Positions 34,401 through 44,182 of a DNA stretch of 64,000 nucleotides are shown piece after piece. The position numbers and the translations under genes are program-made. Under the pieces are notes generated by a model that had not been told where the DNA came from, did not search any database, and was given only the letters and a program-made list of their open reading frames with translations. Each line of letters starts with the position of its first letter. Position 1 is the first letter of the stretch. Source of the stretch: a virus; the IMG/VR virus record IMGVR_UViG_3300046777_002520, positions 1 through 64,000 of that record; one strand, 5' to 3'.

Positions 34401-34680
34401 TGCCTGCAATGACAGCTGGTTGCATTTGAAAGAGAAGAAAGACGAGATTGAGAGTAAGTGCGAGAAGCAGGCATCTGACGCTGTTACTCTTCAGGAAGAG
34501 AACAGCAAACTCAAGCTGGAGGTTCTGCGACTGCAGTACCTTCTGCGCTACCATTCCGCAGCTTGCACAAGCTGTGACGGCACTGGGATCATCCCTCCTG
34601 TTTATGCCGACTCGTTCCAACTGCACGCTTGCACGTGCCCCTGTCACAAAGAAAGTGGTGTGAAGTATGTCCAAGGTTAA
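34369..34680 (+). CDS. Coiled-coil protein with C-terminal CxxC motif
   Basis: CTSCDGTG...CTCPCH; AGGAG RBS. Confidence 0.65.
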   Translation: MTNGELQKLFSACNDSWLHLKEKKDEIESKCEKQASDAVTLQEENSKLKLEVLRLQYLLRYHSAACTSCDGTGIIPPVYADSFQLHACTCPCHKESGVKYVQG

Positions 34681-35011
34681 TTACTCTGACCGTCGCCGCA
34701 ACAAAGTCCTGCCAGTCACCAATCCGACTGAGTCGATTACTCATATTCGATATGTGCTGTGGTTCTCGTACGGCGATGACGGCGCTCGTGGCTACAATCT
34801 GTCGGTCATGCCTGTCCAGCACTCCAACGGCTTTGAGATCACCATGGCTTTCTCTGGCTATAGAATGATTCTGGAAAGGACTACTGGCAAGTTTAGCCAG
34901 AAGAAACTAAACGCGCACTGGGAAGAGCTGCACAGCAACCCAGCTATCTTGGACGAGCTGATCGCCAAGATCTGCGAAAAAACCCAGACTGGGGGCGTGA
35001 TCAAGGAATGA
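34667..35011 (+). CDS. Hypothetical protein
   Basis: Packed ORF. Confidence 0.7.
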   Translation: MSKVNYSDRRRNKVLPVTNPTESITHIRYVLWFSYGDDGARGYNLSVMPVQHSNGFEITMAFSGYRMILERTTGKFSQKKLNAHWEELHSNPAILDELIAKICEKTQTGGVIKE

Positions 35012-35526
35012 GCACTGACGATTTCTTCTTCAGACCAGAGTCAGACGATAGTCACTCGTTTACCAGCGAGGAGAAGATCGTCAAAGCCATCCTCAAGGCT
35101 GCAGACGCTTCTCAGTACTTCAAGACACTTCTGGCAGAGTGTCGCGAGGAGACTGGGGTCAACGCTGTGAATCTTGGCTGGTTCGTTACCAAGTATCCCA
35201 GCTTTCCTATCTGGCTGGGTACGCGCAAGGTGGAGTGGCAGCGCGATGTCTTCGGGCATCTGCTTAAACGCTTCACCAACACGCCATGCTTCAAGGCCTG
35301 GGAAGAAGTGGACGAGGCAAAGCCTGAGGATGACAGCAGAAGCGCAGGTTGTGTTTTTACCTGGCCTTCCTTTGGCATCTGCTGCATTCACCAGTACAGC
35401 CCGTCCTACCTGGCCAATGCCGACGGCATCTGGATAACCAGGAAGCTGCCCAGCTTTGAGGAGAGGTTTGTGATTGAGCCGTTATCTCAACTGCTCAAAA
35501 CCCTGGCTTGGCAATTCCCAGGGTGA
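35008..35526 (+). CDS. Hypothetical protein
   Basis: ATGA-coupled. Confidence 0.7.
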   Translation: MSTDDFFFRPESDDSHSFTSEEKIVKAILKAADASQYFKTLLAECREETGVNAVNLGWFVTKYPSFPIWLGTRKVEWQRDVFGHLLKRFTNTPCFKAWEEVDEAKPEDDSRSAGCVFTWPSFGICCIHQYSPSYLANADGIWITRKLPSFEERFVIEPLSQLLKTLAWQFPG

Positions 35527-35529
35527 CGC

Positions 35530-36669
35530 ATGAACAAGCAGCTTGCCTTAGACGCCACCCATGTCTTTTTCGACCAGAACAGGCTGTCGAGTTTGAGAGA
35601 CGCCGTCTTTGACCTGGAAAAGAACACAGCCACGTTTGTTCTTGACGGTACTCAGCAAGTGGCGCTCACTCAAAACTTTACGACAGTCGGAGGCATGTCG
35701 AAGCTGACTTGGGTGGCTCTAAGGCAACTCTGCAACTCTTTGTCCCCAGGGTTCTACAAACTGATAACCGACCTGTGCGGACGCAGCTTCAGCAAAAAAT
35801 CGGACAAGGTGACCTATTCCAACCAGGACGCCTTGTCTGTTTACAACACGGTATTGAACCGACGCTTTAGCCAGGCTGTTGAACGTAAGTTGATTCTCAA
35901 AAACATAAAGACGAATGTTATAGATGCGGTCCTTACCCAACAGAACAACCGTATTCCTCTGGCTGACTTCTACAAGGCCGTGAACCCTAGACAAAAGCCA
36001 GAAAACGGTACGTGCTACAGTAAAGACTTTATTTTCAAGTCTGCTGATCTGTCAGACAGGAAGCTGTCTATTAAGTTGGTACCAGACAGCAAGAACAAAG
36101 AGTATTCTTTCAAGGACCTTACGTTCAAAACTGGTATAGTGTTTACGCACAGCGAGTATTCAGACAACCACACTTCGGTTGGAGTCTTTGTTTGTTTTGA
36201 TGATAATAAGTTTGCTATAGACAAAGCTATAAAGGCAGACAAGGGTACAGACATAGAAGCAAAAGTGCAAAAGCTTACCGAGACTGTAGCTAAAAGGGTA
36301 AAAGCCTTTGAGGGCTACAGGCTTATCTCTATGCTGGAAAGGCTCGAAGAAACCAAGCTTGGGTTTACTGCAGAGTTCAATGACAACAAAACTCACAAAG
36401 ATACTGTTGTGAAAATACTTTGCAAGGCTAAACTAAGACCGAAGATCGCTGAACGTGTCGTCACGGCGACACTTGTTTCAGGATTAGCCAACCAATCCTT
36501 TTCAGCTCTGGCCACTAGCAGCAGCGAGACTTGGCCTGGCAAATCCGCTTTTGACCTTTTCAAGGCCTTGCTGGCAGAAAGCGTCAAACCTATTTACGAT
36601 AAGCCTGCCCGAGACAACATAGAGCAGGTTTTATTCAGGTTGTTGTTAGGAAAGTTGAAGTTCACATGA
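35530..36669 (+). CDS. Hypothetical protein
   Basis: 379-aa ORF. Confidence 0.75.
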   Translation: MNKQLALDATHVFFDQNRLSSLRDAVFDLEKNTATFVLDGTQQVALTQNFTTVGGMSKLTWVALRQLCNSLSPGFYKLITDLCGRSFSKKSDKVTYSNQDALSVYNTVLNRRFSQAVERKLILKNIKTNVIDAVLTQQNNRIPLADFYKAVNPRQKPENGTCYSKDFIFKSADLSDRKLSIKLVPDSKNKEYSFKDLTFKTGIVFTHSEYSDNHTSVGVFVCFDDNKFAIDKAIKADKGTDIEAKVQKLTETVAKRVKAFEGYRLISMLERLEETKLGFTAEFNDNKTHKDTVVKILCKAKLRPKIAERVVTATLVSGLANQSFSALATSSSETWPGKSAFDLFKALLAESVKPIYDKPARDNIEQVLFRLLLGKLKFT

Positions 36670-37583
36670 GCGATAACGCAGTTGTTAGCAAAAGCAACAC
36701 AAAACTTACGACCATGAACGAGAACCTTTTCAAGATCTATGAGCAGGAGCTGGCCGAGCGCAGCATCATGCTGAGGCGCAACCTGCGCTTCCACAGGGAT
36801 CGCGGCAAGGTCATCCATCGGGTCAAGAGCGGTCGGAGTCTTGACGGTAAGACAACCGTGGACTACGGCCAGAACCCTGTCGAGGTGTTGGCAGACAGCC
36901 TGGGTGTCAGCCGTTCTTACGCCTACAAGCTCTCCACTTTTTACGAGATCTACCAGGACAACGAGAAGTTCCAGGACCTGCTGGACAGCTTCGACAGCAA
37001 GAGCTTTGACCTGTCCTGGTCCCACTTCAATTGCCTTGTCCACGTCAAGGACGAGGCTGTGCGTGAGGAGCTGATCGAGCAGGCGCTGGAAAACAAGATG
37101 TCTGTGCGCGCTCTGCACGAGCTTCTCAAGAGCAAGCGCATCGTCGTCGATGACGATGAGGTCCTCTCTGACGACTCTGGTGACGCGGCTCTGGAGGCGG
37201 CTCCAGCTGCGACAGGTCCTGTCGAGATGACCCAGCCAGAGCACGTCTCTGACGAGGAGACCGAGGAGGAAGAGGCTGAAGGTCTGCCAGAGGCCCAGGC
37301 TGTCCCCTCCGCTTCCGACTGGACTTCCTCTGACAACCCCAAGATTGTTTTGCGCAAGCTCGTCACGGCAGCCGCCAAGTTTGGTGACAAGCTTGTCGAG
37401 CTGGTTGGCGACCTGACGATCTCGACCAACGAGATCCACGGTTCCAGCTGCGACAAGGACACTCTCAAGGGGCTGGAGTCTTCTGTAGAGGTTCTGGAAT
37501 CTCTCAAGCTGCAGGTTGGCGAGTATCTTGAGCAGGTCCAGATCATTCAAAACAGGCTGACTACCGAGAAGCGCAGCAAGTAG
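36666..37583 (+). CDS. Putative DNA-binding protein with acidic linker
   Basis: HTH-like VLADSLGVSRSYAYKL; LSWSHF...MSVRAL (ParB/DUF3102-like HTH pattern). Confidence 0.6.
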   Translation: MSDNAVVSKSNTKLTTMNENLFKIYEQELAERSIMLRRNLRFHRDRGKVIHRVKSGRSLDGKTTVDYGQNPVEVLADSLGVSRSYAYKLSTFYEIYQDNEKFQDLLDSFDSKSFDLSWSHFNCLVHVKDEAVREELIEQALENKMSVRALHELLKSKRIVVDDDEVLSDDSGDAALEAAPAATGPVEMTQPEHVSDEETEEEEAEGLPEAQAVPSASDWTSSDNPKIVLRKLVTAAAKFGDKLVELVGDLTISTNEIHGSSCDKDTLKGLESSVEVLESLKLQVGEYLEQVQIIQNRLTTEKRSK

Positions 37584-37591
37584 GAGTAGAT

Positions 37592-38290
37592 ATGTCAGAC
37601 AGAAAGTTTACTGTCTGCGCTCTTCTCTACGGCAACTACCCAGACCTGGCTCGCAGATGTCTCGAACCACTCTTCGAGCTCTGCGGGTCAGGCAGGGTAG
37701 ATCTGCGCGTAGGTATGAACGAGGCGTGCCAGGAGACTAGGGACTACGTCGCAGGCAGCGCTTCTGAGAACGTTGAGGTTATCTCAGCAGATCCGCAGAT
37801 TCTCAAGTACCCCATGATGCGGCGTCTGTTTTACGACAAGCCGATCACTTCTGACTATGTTATGTGGTTTGACGATGACTCTTACGTCAAAGCCGACAAC
37901 CTGGAAGATTGGTTAGACGACATAGAAAAAGCTATGTTGTCGTGCGATATGCTAGGTTCTGTTTACACCATAGGTTACACGCCTTCGCAGAAAAAATGGT
38001 GTTCAGAACAACCGTGGTATTCTGGTAAAGTCATTCCAGACAGACCACAATTCGCAACTGGCGGTTGGTGGTGCTTAAAGACTCAAGTTGTCAAGACTTT
38101 CAACTGGCCCATACCTGAACTGCAGCATTGTGGCGGTGATGTCGCCCTGGGTGTTTTGCTTCACCAGCAAGGTTTGAAGCTAAAGCATTTCAGGGAAGGC
38201 GTAGCTATCAATGCCAATGCAGAAGGCAAAGAGTCAGCAGCTGAACGTCGTGGCGCTAGCAAAACCGCCAAACCCATAGGCAGGCTGTGA
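37592..38290 (+). CDS. GT-A fold glycosyltransferase-like protein
   Basis: VMWFDDDSYV DxD motif; KYPMMRR; GGDVALG. Confidence 0.7.
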   Translation: MSDRKFTVCALLYGNYPDLARRCLEPLFELCGSGRVDLRVGMNEACQETRDYVAGSASENVEVISADPQILKYPMMRRLFYDKPITSDYVMWFDDDSYVKADNLEDWLDDIEKAMLSCDMLGSVYTIGYTPSQKKWCSEQPWYSGKVIPDRPQFATGGWWCLKTQVVKTFNWPIPELQHCGGDVALGVLLHQQGLKLKHFREGVAINANAEGKESAAERRGASKTAKPIGRL

Positions 38291-39243
38291 CCATGGAAGA
38301 ACAGGCAACAGAGCTGAAGAAGTACTTTGACATATCAGAAACCAAGACGAGGGTTACAAAGCTAAAGCAGACTTTTAAGGACTACGTTGGTTTGACTCTC
38401 GACAAGGAGCAGCTGAAGTCGCTGCTGAAGAAGGCTCTGGAGGTGCTTCCTCAAGATCTGTCGATGATCAAGATCCAGGACTCCATGGCGCATCTGTACG
38501 GTCGTCCCTTGACCGAGCAGGTGCTGAATGAGACAGCCTGGCGCTTGGCTGGCAATACTGAGATGCTGCGTCGCGGTGAGACAATCACCCAGGATGTGTC
38601 TGTCAGGAAAGCAGGTTGGTGCGCTGTTCAGGTCACTTACTGCCGACCCTATCTGCGTAATCCCAAGTCTAAGGATAAGAAGCAGCGTGGCTGCATTCTT
38701 ACCTGCTTTATCCTGTGCGGACACGCTGCTGGGCTTACCATAGACAAGTTCATGTCCCTGAAGCACTTGCGCTACCTGGCCACGGACCTGGGGTTCACGC
38801 CTCCGTTCAAGAACATGCCGTTTCGCGACGAGCGTGAGCTGTTCGGTATGCGTTTTGGCGTTCTATGCGCTCCAGACCTGGCCAGGGACAACAAGCCCAG
38901 CTTCAAGGAAGTATGCGTCACCAGCGCCATGCAGAAGTGGAACAAGGACATTATCAAGAGGCGGTTCAGGGACAACTTCAACTGCCCTCTCGGAAAAACT
39001 TCAGAGCAGTTACCATGCTTTCGATGCTGGCGCGGTACGGAGTCCTGTCTGGCCTCTGTACACGTCAAGGACTTTGAAAGCGGTTTCTGCGAGTATTGCG
39101 GCAAGGAGTCAGTGTTTGACCCCTTGTCCGTAGGTCATGCTGTTGACAAGTGCGTCAATTGCCAGCGGCATGAAGACACAACTGGCGCTTATCTTTTCAG
39201 GAGTTTTACCGAGAATGTTGACGGAAATGGACCCACTGAATGA
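38287..39243 (+). CDS. Hypothetical protein with C-terminal Cys clusters
   Basis: CFRC, CEYC, CVNC. Confidence 0.7.
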   Translation: MTMEEQATELKKYFDISETKTRVTKLKQTFKDYVGLTLDKEQLKSLLKKALEVLPQDLSMIKIQDSMAHLYGRPLTEQVLNETAWRLAGNTEMLRRGETITQDVSVRKAGWCAVQVTYCRPYLRNPKSKDKKQRGCILTCFILCGHAAGLTIDKFMSLKHLRYLATDLGFTPPFKNMPFRDERELFGMRFGVLCAPDLARDNKPSFKEVCVTSAMQKWNKDIIKRRFRDNFNCPLGKTSEQLPCFRCWRGTESCLASVHVKDFESGFCEYCGKESVFDPLSVGHAVDKCVNCQRHEDTTGAYLFRSFTENVDGNGPTE

Positions 39244-39919
39244 CGAGCGCTCCCTGGTTCGTCTTGAGCGGGTGTCTGGCGCAGACATAGATGTCGTCAA
39301 CTCCGCTAGGGTTAGTCACGCCAAGAAGATCGAGGCGATGACTCCCAAGGATGAGAAGCTGATGCGCTTTCTCATCGAGCACAAGCACGAGACTCCGTTT
39401 GAGCACAACCAGCTTGTGTTTGAGGTCAAGGCTCCGTTGTTTGTATTCAGGGAGTGGCACCGACATCGGGTGGGTTGGTCTTACAACGAATGGAGTATGA
39501 GATACCTGGAAGGAGGCAAGGACATCGAGCTTGAGTTCTATCTGCCTGTCCAACTCAGAAAGCAGTCCACGTCGAACAGGCAGGCGTCTGGCGAGACGTT
39601 TACGGACAACTCCCTTACTCTGGCTATGCTTGCTACTTACTCTGCTTCAGCTTCGGCTTATCGAAAGCTTATAGAGAACGGAGTAGCCAAAGAACTAGCG
39701 CGAGTCGTTCTGCCTGTTGGCCTGTACAGCTCCATGTGGGCTACCTGCAACCTGCGTTCTCTGATGCATTTCTTGGCGCTAAGACTTAACTCTGACGCTC
39801 AGTTTGAGATTAGGCAGTACGCCAAAGCTATGCTAAAGCTTGCAGAGCAGCACTTTCCTGTTACTATGTCTTTGTGGCGAGAGCTACATGGATACAATAG
39901 TGACGGAGAGAAAGGCTAG
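39215..39919 (+). CDS. thyX: Flavin-dependent thymidylate synthase
   Basis: NSARVSH; HETPFEH; REWHRHR..SYNE.S.RY; ELARVVLP; NLRSLMHFL.LR...AQFEIRQYA. Confidence 0.95.
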   Translation: MLTEMDPLNDERSLVRLERVSGADIDVVNSARVSHAKKIEAMTPKDEKLMRFLIEHKHETPFEHNQLVFEVKAPLFVFREWHRHRVGWSYNEWSMRYLEGGKDIELEFYLPVQLRKQSTSNRQASGETFTDNSLTLAMLATYSASASAYRKLIENGVAKELARVVLPVGLYSSMWATCNLRSLMHFLALRLNSDAQFEIRQYAKAMLKLAEQHFPVTMSLWRELHGYNSDGEKG

Positions 39920-40430
39920 GTTTACCGTGGTAATGAACATCAAGGGACACGTTGATACTAGAAGGTACAACCCCAGCAGAGACATAGCTTACGCTTGGCC
40001 TAATCTGATGCAGGCCGCTCTGGTGGCTTTTGAGAAGGAAAAGAAAGAGCCTATCACTGCTTTCCTTATTCAAGACTTCAATATCAGCGACCGCGACCTT
40101 GGTGAGCTCATTCAACGCTACGCCAACTACTTCAAGGAGTGCCTTTCCCAAGGCGACAAGAACTACAAGACTCCTGAAGACGCTTTAGCAGCCTGTGGCT
40201 TTTTTGACCTGCCTGTCAGTCACCAAGCGGTGATCCTGACGCGGCTGGGTCAGGTTGCCACAGGCGCTTTCTTTTACGCTGTTCGAGATGTCTACATCGA
40301 CTCGAACGACCCACCCTACAACGACGCCAAGATCGTCGAGATAGGGCGACTTGCTAAAGAAGCCTTTATCAAAAGGTCCAAGACTAGGTGGTATCACTAC
40401 CTGCTCAAGCCTTGGAAACTTTTTGAATAG
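39888..40430 (+). CDS. Hypothetical protein
   Basis: Start moved to ATG 39888. Confidence 0.7.
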   Translation: MDTIVTERKARFTVVMNIKGHVDTRRYNPSRDIAYAWPNLMQAALVAFEKEKKEPITAFLIQDFNISDRDLGELIQRYANYFKECLSQGDKNYKTPEDALAACGFFDLPVSHQAVILTRLGQVATGAFFYAVRDVYIDSNDPPYNDAKIVEIGRLAKEAFIKRSKTRWYHYLLKPWKLFE

Positions 40431-40441
40431 AGGTAATCGGA

Positions 40442-41197
40442 ATGACACCTGGAGAATGGCTCAGGTACGCCCAAACACGACTTGGGCCGTTACCTGACAG
40501 TTATCTCGTATTTGACATTGAGACCACTGGTCTGGATGTCAACGTGGACCTACCAGCGCAGATAGGCTGGGCTGTTGTTGAAAACAACAAGCTTGTGGAC
40601 ACAGGCGCTAGGTTCATGAACTGGACAGCAAACAGTTCAAAAGAGAACTATGACTGGCTGGTCCACAGGGTAGCCACCACCAAAAGACAGTTCGAGTTCA
40701 AGCACGGCTATGCGACTGGTAGCGTTTACAGCGTTTCCATAGAGCGCATGGCTGCTGGGGAAAACCCTGAGCAGGTGCTGTCTGAGTTCTATCGCCTCTT
40801 CTCAGAGTGCCGAAAGAACGGGTTTGGGTTCATAGCCCACAACGGTTTACGCCACGACCAGCCCATACTGGATAGGGTTATATCTGGTATGTCTGGTGGT
40901 GAGATGCGTTTCAGGTTTAAGCCGAACGACTACTTTGACACTTTGTCTCTGGAGAAAAGCGTTCAGATTTTTCCAGACATTGATCAGAACGAGTCTTGGC
41001 TTGATTTCGCCCGTCGCGCTTACCATCTTGGCGGGCATAAGGTGAAGGGGTCGCTTGACCGACACTGCGCGGTCAAGTACGACTTATCTAACAAACACGG
41101 GCTGAGCATGGACAAGGCCCACGAGGCCGACTTTGACTGTGTTCTGACCCATCATCTGCTTCAGGAATACAAGCAGCTGTCGGCGCTAGAAAGATAG
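40442..41197 (+). CDS. DEDDh 3'-5' exonuclease (DnaQ-like)
   Basis: VFDIETTG; AHNGLRHD; HEADFD. Confidence 0.85.
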   Translation: MTPGEWLRYAQTRLGPLPDSYLVFDIETTGLDVNVDLPAQIGWAVVENNKLVDTGARFMNWTANSSKENYDWLVHRVATTKRQFEFKHGYATGSVYSVSIERMAAGENPEQVLSEFYRLFSECRKNGFGFIAHNGLRHDQPILDRVISGMSGGEMRFRFKPNDYFDTLSLEKSVQIFPDIDQNESWLDFARRAYHLGGHKVKGSLDRHCAVKYDLSNKHGLSMDKAHEADFDCVLTHHLLQEYKQLSALER

Positions 41198-41204
41198 GTA
41201 ATCT

Positions 41205-41864
41205 GTGCCCAAGTACAACATATCCAGCGACCCCTGGGTCTTCAGGGAAGGGCTCAAGCCTTTAGAGGAAAAAGCCAATCTTGTTCTGGGTTTGGACCTG
41301 GGCACAAACTGCGGCTACAGCTACTGCTACGTCCGACACGGCGAACTGCTGGTTCCAGAAAAGCTGGACATACACATAGGCCAGTGGGACCTCTCTGCTG
41401 GCCCGTACGACAGCGGAGCCATTCGTTTTGCCAGGCTTAGGCAGTTTCTCCATGCGTTGCGACCCGACCTCATCGCCTTTGAGGACGTGCGCTACACACC
41501 TTCCGAGAAGCTGACCAAGTTTAATATGCACGCCATTCTCGCCAGGGCGGCTACGTCCTGTGAGTTTTTTGGCGCGCTCAAAGCCACTGTTTGTACCTGG
41601 GCTGAAGAGAACGGTATACCTTGCGGCAGCTTTCCCATCGGAACCATCAAACGCCGAGCTACTGGGAAAGGTAATGCCAACAAGTCTGACATGATCAAGG
41701 CTTGCAACCAGATGTTCCGCACAGAGTTCGATTCAGAGAACTACGAGACTGCTGGATTCGATAACGCTGCGGACAGCGCCTTTGTGTGTCTTTTGGCGCT
41801 GGAGAACTACGCCAAAGGGCTTACGTTTGAAAACGATCCACAGGAAGTGAAAGATGTCGATTGA
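41205..41864 (+). CDS. RuvC-like Holliday junction resolvase
   Basis: VLGLDLG; IAFEDV; IKRRATGKGNANKSDM; DNAADS. Confidence 0.85.
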   Translation: MPKYNISSDPWVFREGLKPLEEKANLVLGLDLGTNCGYSYCYVRHGELLVPEKLDIHIGQWDLSAGPYDSGAIRFARLRQFLHALRPDLIAFEDVRYTPSEKLTKFNMHAILARAATSCEFFGALKATVCTWAEENGIPCGSFPIGTIKRRATGKGNANKSDMIKACNQMFRTEFDSENYETAGFDNAADSAFVCLLALENYAKGLTFENDPQEVKDVD

Positions 41865-42093
41865 TTCAAGGATGCTTAAATGCTTGTGCAAAGTTTGCGA
41901 CCTTCCAGAAAGCGACCAGTATCTGACAACTTCTTTCGCTGACTTGGGCCTGGACAGTTTGGAGATACTAGAGCTTATCTACGAGATCGAGAAAGAGTTC
42001 GACGTTCGTAACCTGTCCAGCGGTAACATGCTTACCACCAAGGTTTTAAGCTTAGCTGACATCAAAAGACAACTGATTCAACACATCAACTGA
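41854..42093 (+). CDS. Acyl carrier protein
   Basis: SFADLGLDSLEILELIYEIEKEFDV with the phosphopantetheine-attachment Ser in DSL. Confidence 0.85.
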   Translation: MSIDSRMLKCLCKVCDLPESDQYLTTSFADLGLDSLEILELIYEIEKEFDVRNLSSGNMLTTKVLSLADIKRQLIQHIN

Positions 42094-42110
42094 CACGAGA
42101 AAGGGTAACA

Positions 42111-42734
42111 ATGATTTATTTCATCGGCCACACCACGTCTACCACCGAGAACGCCAAGGACTATCTGGCTGAGGTCAAAGCCCCCAAGAACTACAAGGAC
42201 CAGGCCAAGATTGACGAGTATGTCGAGAAGGCCGTGGCTGAGCAGTTGGCTACGGCCTCTTCCAAGCCTTTCACTGCCAAGGTGAAAGAAGTCTACGTCA
42301 TGCAGGTTGACGACTCTGGCAATATTGTTGATTCGCGTTGGTGGAACGGTCCCACCGTGATTACCGACTTCATGGCTTTCGCCAACGAGCACTTTAACGG
42401 TAATGCCAAAGTGTTCCTAATGAACAGCAGCGGCTTCATGCGTGTTGCCTGCTTTGAGTCTCTGAAGGTGAAGCCAAACAACTTTGCGCATTTCTGGCTG
42501 TTCCACGACAGCTCTGTGCGCAAGTGCTTCTATGATCTTCCCAAGCTGTTCCTTAACACTCTCGAGGAGCAGTCTAGGATTGGCTTGTTTGGCCTGTTTA
42601 AGTACTATGGCGTCAGCCTGACCATCGATGATTTGGCTAACGTCAAGACGCAGGCTGAAAAGCTGCATGAGCTCTACAAGGCTATTGGGCTGTCTGAAGA
42701 AGTCGTGAACATGTTGGGATACAACGGCGAGTGA
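42111..42734 (+). CDS. Degenerate PolB-type 3'-5' exonuclease-like protein
   Basis: KAPKNYKDQAKIDEYV pattern seen in phage PolB-exo2-like proteins; catalytic acids not evident. Confidence 0.45.
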   Translation: MIYFIGHTTSTTENAKDYLAEVKAPKNYKDQAKIDEYVEKAVAEQLATASSKPFTAKVKEVYVMQVDDSGNIVDSRWWNGPTVITDFMAFANEHFNGNAKVFLMNSSGFMRVACFESLKVKPNNFAHFWLFHDSSVRKCFYDLPKLFLNTLEEQSRIGLFGLFKYYGVSLTIDDLANVKTQAEKLHELYKAIGLSEEVVNMLGYNGE

Positions 42735-42737
42735 CGT

Positions 42738-43427
42738 ATGGACGAAAAGCTTCCTGAGCTGGAAGGAGTCTATAAAACCGACTGCTTGTCGGCTCAGGAG
42801 CTTTCTCGTCTTCCAGGCATAGAGCGCGCCAGCGTCTCTATGCGTTTGTCAGACATGTCTTCTGACTTTGTTTTCTTCAACCACGGAATCCTGTTTACTG
42901 AGATCAGACTGGACGCAGACCCCGTTAAGGAGTTTGCGTTGCAGTCTGGTGACAGTGATTCCGTGTTTTTTCTTAGCTATGACAAGCCTCTTTTCCGAAA
43001 CTTTTCTTCCGAGTTCTGGAACAACGTCATATTCGGCTGCAAAAAAGAACTGTGGCCAAAGTTAAAGATGATACTAAACAACATTATTTTTAAAGCTTTA
43101 GATAACAAAGTTTACTCTTGCTTTGTCCAGAGTGTTTACATGCCTGACCCTTATTTGTGGAAAGGCGACATAGAGAACTTGAAGGTGCCTGTATCCGAGT
43201 GGGGTGAGCTGTGTGAAAAAGCTGACAGGGGTATTCACGGCGACGCCAGATACGCCAACGTGCCTTTTCCCTCTTACCCCACAGCAGCCAAGATCCACGT
43301 CATGGGTGTCTCTGGGCCAGACAGGCTGGCTTACATGAAGTCTGGCATCAAACCCTTTATTGTTTATGATGACCCAGAACCAGAAACCTTGGCTTTGCAG
43401 GAGGTTATAAACAAGCATGTACAATAA
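42738..43427 (+). CDS. Hypothetical protein
   Basis: 229-aa ORF. Confidence 0.7.
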   Translation: MDEKLPELEGVYKTDCLSAQELSRLPGIERASVSMRLSDMSSDFVFFNHGILFTEIRLDADPVKEFALQSGDSDSVFFLSYDKPLFRNFSSEFWNNVIFGCKKELWPKLKMILNNIIFKALDNKVYSCFVQSVYMPDPYLWKGDIENLKVPVSEWGELCEKADRGIHGDARYANVPFPSYPTAAKIHVMGVSGPDRLAYMKSGIKPFIVYDDPEPETLALQEVINKHVQ

Positions 43428-43743
43428 GACTAAGACATTCTCGTCTCAGTTTGTTTTGGAGAGGGCTCAAGGTCAGGACTTCTGGAGCCTTCTGAACAAA
43501 ACGGATGACATCGACAAGCAGGTAAGCGACTGGGTTGATGAAACTCACAGCCGTATAGTCAATGTCTCGGCCCCAGCAATGCACGCTGAATGGCTTGACA
43601 ACACGTATACGCGCAAAGTTATTATCCTGTCTATCGTTGTGATATACATGCCTGTTGAGGATACGGCTGATGGAACCTACCCAGAATACAGAGAACTCGG
43701 AGCAGACTTTACAGCCGATACAGGAGGCGCAACCACCGTATGA
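43417..43743 (+). CDS. Hypothetical protein
   Basis: Packed ORF. Confidence 0.6.
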   Translation: MYNKTKTFSSQFVLERAQGQDFWSLLNKTDDIDKQVSDWVDETHSRIVNVSAPAMHAEWLDNTYTRKVIILSIVVIYMPVEDTADGTYPEYRELGADFTADTGGATTV

Positions 43744-44002
43744 CGATTTGTTTCTAGTTCTGATAACTGAATTTGACGCTCCTCAGTTGTTTATTTTCAA
43801 CACACCAGAAGAAGTAGCTGCCTGCATAAGGCAGCACAAAGAGTCTTACAAGAAGTTCAACGCTTACATTTTTGAAGGTAAGCGTTGGAACGTTACCGCT
43901 GGCAGAAGCCCTTACTTGATTTCACAAGAGCGCAATATGCGTATTCCTCTGTTTGAAGAGGACCCACCAGACGAGATAAGCGAGTCAGGTTTGATCAGCT
44001 AA
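43670..44002 (+). CDS. Hypothetical protein
   Basis: Probable start ATG 43670 after GAGGA. Confidence 0.6.
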   Translation: MEPTQNTENSEQTLQPIQEAQPPYDDLFLVLITEFDAPQLFIFNTPEEVAACIRQHKESYKKFNAYIFEGKRWNVTAGRSPYLISQERNMRIPLFEEDPPDEISESGLIS

Positions 44003-44030
44003 ATAACCGGCTCAAAACACGTCATAATCA

Positions 44031-44067
44031 AATGCCCAGCAGCTATCGCTTCTGGGCATTGTTTTTT
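44031..44067 (+). terminator. Rho-independent terminator
   Basis: AATGCCCAG...CTGGGCATT followed by GTTTTTT. Confidence 0.7.
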
Positions 44068-44081
44068 AGGAGGAAAACAAT

Positions 44082-44180
44082 ATGACCGAGGAAACAGTAG
44101 AGGGTAGGATCGTAGTCCCCATGTGGGGGCTAGTCCTCTTTCTGGTTATTTTTATGCTAATCCGTAGTTTTGGAGGCTAA
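44082..44180 (+). CDS. Small membrane peptide (32 aa)
   Basis: AGGAGG RBS; one TM helix. Confidence 0.55.
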   Translation: MTEETVEGRIVVPMWGLVLFLVIFMLIRSFGG

Positions 44181-44182
44181 AC

